Position numbers and translations under genes: made by a program. A stretch of DNA of 64,000 nt from Selaginella moellendorffii (Eukaryota; Plantae; Lycopodiophyta), in the NCBI RefSeq assembly GCF_000143415.4, contig NW_003314317.1:536138-600137 (forward strand), in the 5' to 3' direction. Below are positions 29,053-39,500 of the stretch, piece after piece (the stretch's first letter is position 1; every line of letters starts with the position of its first letter). The notes under the pieces are model-generated. The model saw only the letters and a list, made by a program, of their open reading frames with translations. It was not told the DNA's origin and searched no databases.

Positions 29053-29773
29053 TGCCTATCCTCTAAGGAGGGTAGTCTCTCCAACTTAGAGACTGATTGG
29101 ACCACATGTAGTGAAGCTCTATTTCGTTAAAGTGGGATTTATTCAGTAAAATGGGACTAGGTACAAATTTTCAAGTATTTGAAAATGACGTGAAATTATA
29201 TGTTTTTTGTCCAGGGGCTAGACATATCTGGGGCATGGTGACTAGCGCGGTGACCTTATGTCCAGACTGAGTCCATCTAGTTGTATAATAAATCTCATTG
29301 TCAAGGTGAACAAGCCGAATCTGAAGCTAAAGAAGAGCGATGGCATGCGCGCACACACTATTTGTTTGTTCATTGAGCGTGTGGTGAGCTTTCCAAGATG
29401 AACATCATTCCTATTAGCCAGACATATAACTTAATGGTGAGAACATTTAGATATTATTCAATGTTATCTTTTTCTAACGAATCTAATTGTGAAGGTGTAG
29501 CAAGAGGCATTGCTAGTCTGGAGAAGTCATTTAACTCATTTGACCCTTAGTGTATTTTCATGAAACTAAATAACATTCATATTATTAAGGAATTTCTCTA
29601 GTACCTTTTTTTTACGACATAGAGGCTTGCATTTCTTTCAAAGGTGATTTAGTAAAAGGCCTGAGGGCACATGCCATTCTATTTCTCAGACCGGTATTAA
29701 GATATACTAGTGCAAAGGGAAAAAGGTATTTGGTGATCAAGTAAATGGCATGAGGGCACACGCCATTATAAGC

Positions 29774-30031
29774 CTAAGCGCTAGTGGACACCTCCTTTTT
29801 GGTACTCTCGGCAGTACTATCATCCTTCTCCGGGTCAGTTGTTTTGCTTTGGATTGTTGTCTCTGACGTTACTGGGGCGTTCTCGATAGTTGTTAATGTT
29901 GCCATTTGTTCAGAAAAATGATCACCTGGAGTATAGTACGGGGAGTTTGGAAGACTTATATATTCTACATCTTCACCTATCTCCTTCTCCGTCTCCTTTT
30001 CTGCCTCACTTACAGATTTTGTGCTTGCCAT
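29774..30031 (-). CDS. Small acidic, Thr-rich ORF of the transposon; function unknown
   Basis: MASTKSVSEAEKETEKE..EVSTSA*, preceded by an acceptor-like TTTTAG. Open in both element copies. Confidence 0.3.
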   Translation of the reverse strand: MASTKSVSEAEKETEKEIGEDVEYISLPNSPYYTPGDHFSEQMATLTTIENAPVTSETTIQSKTTDPEKDDSTAESTKKEVSTSA

Positions 30032-30318
30032 GAGAACGCTCTTCACCCTAAAATATGGAGTTCGTTGTGTTATAAAAGGAAACCAACACACACGCTGCAA
30101 GGGAATGATGGTACATAAAGCACGTAAGCCCACAATATGGGTTTATGTGCCATTAATATGGGCCACACGCCATATTATTAGATTTATGCACGTGTGATTG
30201 GTAAATGCATATGTCACATCATCTTTGTTTTACCTCACACACTATATCAAGCCTCCTCTGATTCAGATTCGGATTGTTCACCTTGAAAAAAATACATTAG
30301 AAACTTTGTAAAGGAATA

Positions 30319-33300
30319 TTAATGAATCTCACCTTGAACCCGAGTTATGAATGCTCTTGCTGCATCTCTTGCATGGTCTGGCAAGGTGATGGTGGCACTC
30401 TGCTTCCGCATCCAACCATGCACAACATTATCCACCGATATGCTCATGCTGGGATCCCTTGGATTCAGCACCCATCTCTTTTCTAGGCAATCCTTCGTAT
30501 ATCCGGAACTTGGCTTGAACCACTCCACAGTTACATTGAAGGAGTTAGTTTCCGCGTCCTCCTCTGCATCAGTGATGCAGCGCCCCACCCATATCATTTG
30601 TTTTTTATTACTGGGTCTGACAAGCACGACCATTCCTTTGCAGACCTGTACTGGATTGAATGCTGAATCCGGCTTCTTGTTCCTCGGCCCACAATAGTGA
30701 TCCTCAACATCGTTATCTGTCACTGCATTTCCAGAGGACATTGTTCCGCTACTATCTGGTGCTCTGGGTTCTGGCCAAAAGGACTCTTCCAATTCTTCAT
30801 ATACAACCGGCCCATTTTGGATAGCAGATATAATCTTCTCCCAGTATTCGAGCAAAGGCTTGCACCTCTGAAAATAGGATTCTCCACCAAACACCAACCC
30901 CCTCTTCCAGAAGGCAATATGCTGTCTAATCCCGGCCACTATACTTTCCTGGTCTTTGAGTCCATCCGGGTGCATCGGCCGTGGGGAACCCTGAGGAATC
31001 ATAGGTTCCCCAGTTATGGGATCTCTCTTGAAGAGTTCAATGCCGTCCACTGGCAGCCACACTGTGTCCCATTCTCTCATCTTGTACCTCATCACTGGAG
31101 CACCGTCACACATGCTGAAATGAAACTGAAGAGGCTTGGAGTGGCCAATCAGCGTTTCGGATCCGTCCCTGATGTAGCCTCTTACAAACCCCTTAAAGTC
31201 TGGAACCTCTGTCAGAAGTGCAGCTTCAACAGTGCCTTTGATGCAATTTTGGAATTCATCATAGAGTTGTGGGAGGGTGAGGACATTGGATCGCCGGAGG
31301 GACTCTGCCAGGTGACTGAACATGGCATCGACGTCTTCATGAGTGTGCCCAACCATGAGAAAGCCAAGTGTAACCGTTTCAAATATGCCTTTGGCAACAA
31401 GCATCGCCAAGTACGCGAAGACGTACATGTTTTTGTTCTCACTGCCAGCATTGTCTGTTTGGAGCAGAAGATGGGGTGGAAGGCCACATCGGCCACAAGA
31501 ACTTCCTTGAGATTCTGCTTCGTTTGGATGAGGCTGTGCATTCACCGGGCGACCAGCCTCGTCGGAATGGCATGAGGCCTCACGTGATAACCCTACAATC
31601 TGACGGCCAACATATTCACTGGGATGGCATGGGGCCCCACGCGATACTGCAAGCCTTTGCTCCTCCTCCAGCTGAACCCTGTATGGGGTTCGATCGACAA
31701 GGGCCTTATGCAAGGGTTGGCCGTTCAGCTCAGTCTGCGCACTTTGCAGAGACCTTAAGTGTTTTGCTAGGGACGCAATCATCATGTTTGCACCCCCGCC
31801 ACCCCATAGAGGTACAAAGAAGTTCCCATAGTTCTGGGCACCATGCCCATGAGCGATTATGCCAAACAGAGACACAGGCAGCTGCATGGATGAAGAGATT
31901 GCCTTGGGGGCAGGATTGAGTCGAGGTAAGCACGTCTTTTTTTGGTCCATTTTGTCGTGGATGATGCAGAGGTAAGAGTCAGGTCTCTCCATGGAGAGAA
32001 TCCTGTTATGATAATATGCAGTCCTGCAGCTTCTCTGCTCGATGTTGTGGTCGAGCCGCCTTCTAACCAACGTCTCTCGCTCTTGAGCGCTGCAAGAATT
32101 CTTCGACAAAGCCATTTTGATAGCAGTGCACTCGTCACACTTTGAAAAGCTGGAGTACTTTCCTATACTCACATCCCTGAACCTGTTGCTCCACAATCTA
32201 CTAAATCTAGATTGGCTCAGCTTCCTGTAGCCATTACTCTGGAGTTCCCGATTCACATCTTCCAATATGGCCCCCTTGGTATACATGGAAGGGAGAACTC
32301 GTTGGGTGTCTCGTGTTCCATCTTCCAAGAGGCGGGTTTTATGTGGTTGCTGCTCGCTACATGTCTCGACAAACCTCTTGAAGATTGCCTCTCCATATAC
32401 AACATGACCCCTGGTTTTGTGCGTACCGTCGTTCCCATGGACTGCCTGTTGAACCCTTTGTTCCTCGAACTCAGTTTTGATTCTGTAGAATGTGCTTCGA
32501 GGGACTCCATAAATGATTCTCCATGCCTTCATGCAGACCAAACCCCTCTGGAAGACCATGCCCCCCACCTGATGTTCTGAAGCATCAACAGATGACCGTA
32601 ATGCCTCATACACAAAATTGCGAGTTGCCTTCCAGGACAATGTCTTGTATCTTGCTCTCTCCTCTTCAATAGCATCCCAATCAGCATGTTGACAGCACCT
32701 CCTCTTGCAACAAGCAACTGTCGAGACCATTCGAACCTCCATCGCCATTTTCTGCCTTTTCGGTTCGTTGCTCAGATCCCTTTGGCTGCGCTTTAGGAAG
32801 GTGTACTTTCTTTTCCCATGAAGAGATGTTCTGTCATCAGTTGTAGTGGTGTTTGATTGTGAATCCTTCACATTCTCAAACACTAAGTGCCTCAATTTCC
32901 ACCGCACAATGCTTCCAATAGTCAGACTGTTTTCTTCTGTGTCAACAACCTCTAAAATCGCAACTCCAATATCATCCCAGCCCAATTCTTGATTAGCAAC
33001 CGCATCTCTTGGATCGACAACTGTGGCTAAGCCCTCAGCTACCACCTCCCCCTCGGGGTTGTTTAGAAACACTTTTGCCTGAATCCATGTAGCACGGTTC
33101 TTAAGATCCACAGAGGGAACATGCGTCGCACTTGCGCTGTCCCCAACATCTGCTTTCTTCTGAAGATTTTTCAAGGCAACAACAACATTTACCCCGACGA
33201 CCATCTCTCCTCGTTCAATAGCGACCACATTCCCATCGAAGACAGTCTCTACTGATACAGCAGCATTGCCTTCCCCAAGCCTTTCACAGTGTATAACAAA

Positions 33301-33387
33301 GTTCCGATCCATAGACACAAGGGTCCCTTTTGCAACTCTCTTCCCACCATTCAAAATGTAAACCTTTTCCCCAACCCTGAAGGCCAT
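30319..33387 (-). CDS. Sola-like DDD transposase, 1022 aa, intact
   Basis: CCKRRCC, VCMKAWRIIYGV, SFSKCDEC, LCIIHDKMDQKK, LLQTDNAGSENKN, FLMVGHTHEDVDAMFS. A 4-bp TSD fits the Sola superfamily. Confidence 0.82.
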   Translation of the reverse strand: MAFRVGEKVYILNGGKRVAKGTLVSMDRNFVIHCERLGEGNAAVSVETVFDGNVVAIERGEMVVGVNVVVALKNLQKKADVGDSASATHVPSVDLKNRATWIQAKVFLNNPEGEVVAEGLATVVDPRDAVANQELGWDDIGVAILEVVDTEENSLTIGSIVRWKLRHLVFENVKDSQSNTTTTDDRTSLHGKRKYTFLKRSQRDLSNEPKRQKMAMEVRMVSTVACCKRRCCQHADWDAIEEERARYKTLSWKATRNFVYEALRSSVDASEHQVGGMVFQRGLVCMKAWRIIYGVPRSTFYRIKTEFEEQRVQQAVHGNDGTHKTRGHVVYGEAIFKRFVETCSEQQPHKTRLLEDGTRDTQRVLPSMYTKGAILEDVNRELQSNGYRKLSQSRFSRLWSNRFRDVSIGKYSSFSKCDECTAIKMALSKNSCSAQERETLVRRRLDHNIEQRSCRTAYYHNRILSMERPDSYLCIIHDKMDQKKTCLPRLNPAPKAISSSMQLPVSLFGIIAHGHGAQNYGNFFVPLWGGGGANMMIASLAKHLRSLQSAQTELNGQPLHKALVDRTPYRVQLEEEQRLAVSRGAPCHPSEYVGRQIVGLSREASCHSDEAGRPVNAQPHPNEAESQGSSCGRCGLPPHLLLQTDNAGSENKNMYVFAYLAMLVAKGIFETVTLGFLMVGHTHEDVDAMFSHLAESLRRSNVLTLPQLYDEFQNCIKGTVEAALLTEVPDFKGFVRGYIRDGSETLIGHSKPLQFHFSMCDGAPVMRYKMREWDTVWLPVDGIELFKRDPITGEPMIPQGSPRPMHPDGLKDQESIVAGIRQHIAFWKRGLVFGGESYFQRCKPLLEYWEKIISAIQNGPVVYEELEESFWPEPRAPDSSGTMSSGNAVTDNDVEDHYCGPRNKKPDSAFNPVQVCKGMVVLVRPSNKKQMIWVGRCITDAEEDAETNSFNVTVEWFKPSSGYTKDCLEKRWVLNPRDPSMSISVDNVVHGWMRKQSATITLPDHARDAARAFITRVQGEIH

Positions 33388-33574
33388 TCTGAAAGTGCAG
33401 AAAAGAAGTTAAGACCATACAAAAAATGATTGGAGAATGGCCTAAATCATAACATACCAAACAACCTCAATAGCATGAGGCCACATGCCATTATTCAAAC
33501 ATGCTATTGACACCCACGTGAAATTTCGCATTCACAAAATTGGCATGAGCCCTCATGCCATTAGTGGTACCACT

Positions 33575-33766
33575 AATGGCATGAGGCCTCACACTATCTT
33601 TGGCCCCTGCTAGCCTGTTGCTATATTCCTTTTGCCTTGCTGCAACTGTATATATTTTTGTGTGCGTGACTAGTCACCCATACAAAAATATATACAATTG
33701 CAGCAAGGCAAAAGGAATATGGCAATAGGCTAGCAGGGGCCAAAGATGGCATGAGGCCTCATGCCA
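33575..33766. repeat. ~190-bp near-perfect inverted repeat centred on GTGACTAGTCAC
   Basis: Arms ctttggcccctgctagcct..atattccttttgccttgctgcaa and ttgcagcaaggcaaaaggaatat..aggctagcaggggccaaag. Confidence 0.9.
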
Positions 33767-33959
33767 TCTTGATATACACACAGCTGCAGGCAAGTAAAAA
33801 CATACATGACAATACGCTAGCCATGAAATTGCAAGGGCCCAAGATGGCATGTGGCCTCATGCCATTTCTAAATGTGGTCCTAAGCCATTCCATGGTGAAC
33901 ATACCAGGAAGCACAAGTGCCGAATATCAAGAGGAAGCGGTAGCCACACCAAAGACAGT

Positions 33960-34090
33960 GCCGCTCGCAACACCGCAACTACTCGTAGCGCCGCTCGCAA
34001 CACCGTAACTGCTCGTAGCGCCGCTCGCACAAACTGCCACTCGCATAAACTGCCGCTCGCAATGGCGCTCGCAATGCCGCAACCGCTCGT
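33960..34090. repeat. Short GC-rich tandem repeats (30-bp unit with core CCGCTCGCA)
   Basis: ccgctcgcaacaccg(c/t)aact(a/g)ctcgtagcg twice, plus degenerate copies. Confidence 0.7.
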
Positions 34091-34889
34091 AGACGCATAA
34101 ACCACAGCCCACAACGCCGCTTACACAAGCAGCGCTCACTGCGCTCAGCGGAACCAAGAACACGGCGCACAAAAATGATAGACCTAGGAATGAGTTCGAG
34201 AATTCAAAAATAACACACGCTTGAACGTCACATCAAATCCTCTGACAAACCAGATCTTATGATTCCTCTGACAAATTTCAAACTGAGTAGCTTCTAGACT
34301 TTGCTGTCGGAGGTTGAACTTTGTCACATCATGTCCTTGCCTCGATCCAGCTGTGCCATGTCAGTGATTCGAACTTTGCCATGCCATGTCAGCGATCCGC
34401 GCCAAGATTATTCGCCGTGTAAAGGAATAATTATGCTGTGTGTGTACGTCCATTTATGGCAATATAATGCCACATGCCATTCAAAGAATAATGCTAGTCG
34501 AGCATCTTTTGGTGCATTTTTGGGTTCAAAATTGCCTGAGCCCACACGCTATAAAGTTTACCTGTACCAAAAATAGAAACAGCATTTATTTACTTGGGAA
34601 TTTATATGGCTGAGGCATTTTTAAACTTACAAACACATGCCCTACTTACATTCCTTTGGTTGCTTAAAATTCAAAAATATTATAAACCTTTCTTTTTGCA
34701 TTTTCGAAGTTTTCAATTATGGCTTTTGATTTTCGCAGGACCAGCCTAGTAATCTATTTGCATCCCGTCATATTTATAGCTAGCTTTCGTTTGTCCCCTT
34801 CGCTAGCCTGAGATACATCTGCTCGGCATCTGCCTCTTACAGCATTTGCCCAGAAAGGGCATCTTTCTTCACGCAGCATTTGCCACATG

Positions 34890-34922
34890 TTTAGGGTTTA
34901 GGGTTTAGGGTTTAGGGTTTAG
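34890..34922 (+). repeat. Interstitial plant telomere repeat, (TTTAGGG)4 + TTTAG
   Basis: Direct match. Confidence 0.9.
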
Positions 34923-36519
34923 CAATTCAGTAGCTTGATAAACATGCAAATACAGAACTTGATGCAAAATCCTTTGATATGTCACAATGCCCCTAGGACC
35001 ATAAACACATTTCAATAGAGAGGGTCCTTTCATTTCATAACTCCTTACGTAGATCTTGGTGAAACCAGAGTTAGTGAAGTTAGTTTCTTGTGATCCCGCA
35101 TCTGATTGTGATGTCCCTTTGCAGTTTCGATGGAAAGGTCAATGCACACCAAACTGTGAAATCTTGGAGCAAAATAACGGTCGGATCTATGGCAAATGCC
35201 CCTGAAACATTGTAAGGCTCGTGTGGTCTCATGTGGTGTCCGATTGAGATGCTTCTTTGCAGGGTCATCAAGAAAGACATTGTATACCATTCTGTAAAAT
35301 CTAGTTGCGATCTAACGGTTGGATCTCCAGAAAACTCAAAAAAATCTCGCGCGTGTCAGAATATCCTAGGAATATACTCCTATGTGCCCCTGAAAATGGC
35401 ATGCGGCCCCACGCCATTCAAGAGATAATGCCAGATGACGCCGAGAATTTTTTGGTGCATTTTTTGGGTTCAAAATTGCATGAGCCCACACGCTATAAAG
35501 TTTATCTTTGCCAAATAGAGAAAAGTTTATCTGTGTCATGTGAGGTAGTTACAGTCCTTTGTGCTCGGCATCTGCCTCTTGCAGCATTTGCACTGAAAGG
35601 GAATTTTTCTCCATTCAGCATTTGGCTCTGAAAATGGCATGCGCCCACACGCCATTCAAGGAATAACGCCACAGGACGCCTGGATTTTTGGGTTTAAAAT
35701 GTTTAGGGTTTTTTGGGTTTTTTCAAAATATTTTGGGTCCAACGTTTTTTGGGTTTCTTTGGTTCAAAATTGCATGAGCCCACACGCTATAATATTGATT
35801 TGAGAGAAAAATAGAAACAGATAGAATTTCTTTATTTAGCTGAACATCTGCCATTTTTGGAAATACAAGATGCTTTGGAATATCCAATCATGCATGGTAT
35901 AAATATAGCGAGGGTATTAAATGATATCCCAATCATGATCTTTCTTTTGGATTTCGCGTGCATGCAGTCCGAGGAATGATGACGTTGCGGATTTCTTTTG
36001 GATTTTGCGTGCTTGCATGCGCGCGGCAATCCAGAAATTAATGGTGGCGCCCAAGTCCGAGGAATGATGATGTGGCGGGATTACCAACCGTTGTGACATT
36101 TCGCGCGTGTGAGGTTAGGTTTTGCATTTTGCTTTGTACTCGCGCTCGCACACTCGCGCTCGCGCTCGCATCACACTCGCGCTCCCGCTCGCATCGCGCT
36201 CCCACTCGCGATCACGCTCACTTCTCTACAGGTTTCTCGTGTGCATCGGCGTCCACTCGCGCTTGCATCACACTCGCGCTCGCATCGCGCTCGTGTGCAT
36301 CGGCGTCCACTTCAAGACACACCCAGTTTGTAACTTCGCCGCCAACTCCGCCGCCCACTCCACCACCCACACGCAGCCCACTTGGCGTCCCGGGAGATTT
36401 CAGCACCACTCTCCAACTGTAAGTGGCAGAGTAGCCTTGCTGCTACGATCCGCTGCACACACAGTGCACATTCGCCAGCGAGTCCGGCCTCGATTGTCAC
36501 GGCCTCCATTCGGCTTCAA

Positions 36520-39500
36520 ATGGTAAGTCTTTTAGACGAAGTAGAAAATGGCATGAGGCCACATGCCATTCAGTAGCAACATTGGCATGCACCGATTGGG
36601 CTCTCGAGTGCAGTCCGGTTACAGATGGCGTGTAGCCTCACGCCATCTTAGGATGCAGCCTCAAGACATCTGATGCAGTGGTGAATGGCGTGTGGCCTCA
36701 CGTTATTTCCAGCTGCTAGCTTTTCATCTGTCAGCTCTAATTGTTGTGCATTTTTGAACAGGCGAGGAATTGCGTTCTTCTTCCAGCCACTGTCAATGTG
36801 GATGCAGAGAAGGGGGAGGAGCTCACCAGTTGGACTTTCGGGATGGAAGGCGAGGATCTGATGCTGTACAACACAGATGGTGGGAGAAAAGAATGCATGG
36901 GGATCCTCATCCAAGTGACAGACACTCCATGCAGTTCCATGCAAGAATATGGACTGGCACTTGTGGTAGAGACAGCGTCCGCCTTCAAGATCCACCTTGC
37001 ACATCCTAGCGGCTTCCCGGAGGGGGGCAGCGGCTATGAGGAATTCCTAGAGGGAGCTAGGGAGAGGTTGTCCAGGAGGCCCACAATTTCAAAGACGCTG
37101 CGGGTCTATGAAGATCACATGGAATCCACGGACCTCACCTACGGCGATGTTCAAAAACTATATTCCAACATTGAGCCGTTGAGAGTGCCGCCAGTTTGCG
37201 AAGCGAAGGGGAAGGGGGTCGATCTGGAAACTACCCCGAAGCAGAAAAGGGTGGTCAAGCTCAAGCCGACGTCCGACTCTGCTGCTCCAAAAAAGAAGCT
37301 ACTCGGTGATGCCATTGCCTCGGGTTCGAACACTACACCCACCAAAAAGAAGAGCCGCAAAGAGCAGAAAGAGCAAGAAGAGGCAGCAAAAATCGTCGCA
37401 GATAATAGTACTTGTTACTATTCCAACAAAGTATATACAATCGACGTGAGCCGTATCGAGATCCAAAGCAAATACAACCACAGGCTAGTATCTGATGAGT
37501 GGGTGGAGAAACTGAAGCAGAAGATGCTGGCAAGTCCAGTAACACCCGACATCGCAGACGTGATCCCCTACTACCGAACAATGAAGGGCGAGACGAGGTT
37601 TCCAGACTTGATCAATAGGAAGGTGTTGGACGATCAGAACATCCGGTTCTATGCCGTCTCCGGGCAGCATTCTAGCTTGGCGATGCAACAGATAGTTGTG
37701 GATATTATGGTGGGCGAGGAGGTGAAGAAAGTCTTCAAGACAAGAGTTGTCTGCCTGATAAAAGGCAACTCGCCCCTCCGATCTATCATATACATCTCCC
37801 ACGCGCAGAATGTCAAGCAAGAAACGTGCTACAAATCGGGTCTGCACGAGACATTGGCACGAACACGGAAGCTCTGGGTTCAACTGAAGAAGCCACAAAA
37901 ACCAGGACAAGGACGTGCACTAGCAACTAGCGCCTGGCAGGTAAGCCTCGTTGCATGTGGCATAGCATGTGGCCTCACGCCATTTCCATTGCAGGAATTC
38001 TCGAGTTTTCTCTCGAAAACACTGGGGGTCAATGACACACTCAGCATCCATAACATTCTACTCACGACAAAAGTTGTTTTTGACAAATGGGTAGATGTGC
38101 TAAGGAGGTACCATGACGGGGAGTTGCTAAACTCAATGGGTGTGGAGGACGGCCGGAAGCCCAATGATTTGAAGCTCAACGGCTTGCGTTTCTCGCGGTC
38201 TCTAGACGACGACGACCTTCTGACAGTGGCTAATGCTCTTCTACTTGGTGAGGTAGTCTTCAACAAGACCAAAATGACTCCCGGCCATATTGTGACATAC
38301 GAGGACTTGTGCACGACTCTGAGAGCTCGTGCGCTATTGAAGGATTGGATCTTCGAGCAAGTGGCCGTGGCGAGGGTGAGCATCGACACCACGCAAGAGA
38401 TGATGGAAGAGCTGGACTTGTCAAATGAAGACATCGACGAGTACGTGAAGGGGGCCCCCAAGTTCATCGATCTGCTGCGGGATGCCACGAAAAGTAAAGC
38501 TGAGAAGTTGGATCAGTATCCAAATTTCATTAAGAGGGATGTCGACCGCCGGCTTCAGAAACAGCTCGACCCCACAGCAGAGGCCTATCGAGAACCTTAC
38601 CGGGTATACGTGAATTCGGATGAGGATCAAAGGTGGAGGAGCATCGTTTCCCGCGGAGATGAGCAGGTCAAGAACATCTTTTGTGTGATGGACTTCACAA
38701 ACGAGGAGATCACTCATGCAGACGAAGTCAGCTCCATCATTGACTTAATGGTGGGACTTGCGGAGGTGGAATCTTCAGTCCACTATATGATCTACGACTC
38801 CGAATCCTATCACAAGTTCTGGAAGGCCTTGAACGAGGTGAAGGCTCGGTTGAAAGGCAAGGAGATGCGGGAGATCCATGGGATAATGGCTAAGAAGAAG
38901 ATACCGACGAATGTCCGCATCTTCACAGTCGCCCTTGTTATTGGTCCTGCAGCAGAGTGGGACTGGAGTGACTTCCCAGCTTCGTTCAACAAAGCCGATC
39001 GAATTGATCTAAGGGAGGTCAATTTACCCGTGCCTGAGGAACTGAAGACGGCTATGGAGCTTTCGAATCCAAAGAAAGCTCCAGGTGCAGCATGGGAAAT
39101 GCTCAGCTGGGTCTTCAACGCAATAGCGGGTGACTCCAAGGGCAAATGCGTTGTCGAGTACAACTGCGGCGGACTATTCTTTCGAGCCGCACTACTCAAG
39201 GGTGTCCCGTGTGTTGCGGTGACAAACTCCATTGAAGAGGTGACTTCAATGGAGCATATAATTACAGTTGCCAAAGAAAAACAGTATCTTCTCTACGAAC
39301 CTGGTGAGTACGCACTTTAAGTTTAAATGTTATCTCACAAGCTTTGTATGCAGGAGCGTGGCCACCCCCAGATGCTGAAACGGCGTTAACAGCTACTGAT
39401 GTTAGGCCGAGGTCACAACCTGCACAAGGTAAGGTCACGTGAGGCCTCACGCCATTTTGATTATAGATCGTTGTGAATATTCAGACACGAGGACTGAAAA

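Noticed and set aside
34890-34922. Chromosome end
   Set aside because: Fewer than five repeat units, internal to a TIR-bounded element.
36072-36526. Arg/Ser/Ala-rich ORFs upstream of the cargo gene
   Set aside because: Produced by CTCGCG-type microrepeats. More likely a 5' UTR before ATG|GTAAGT at 36520.
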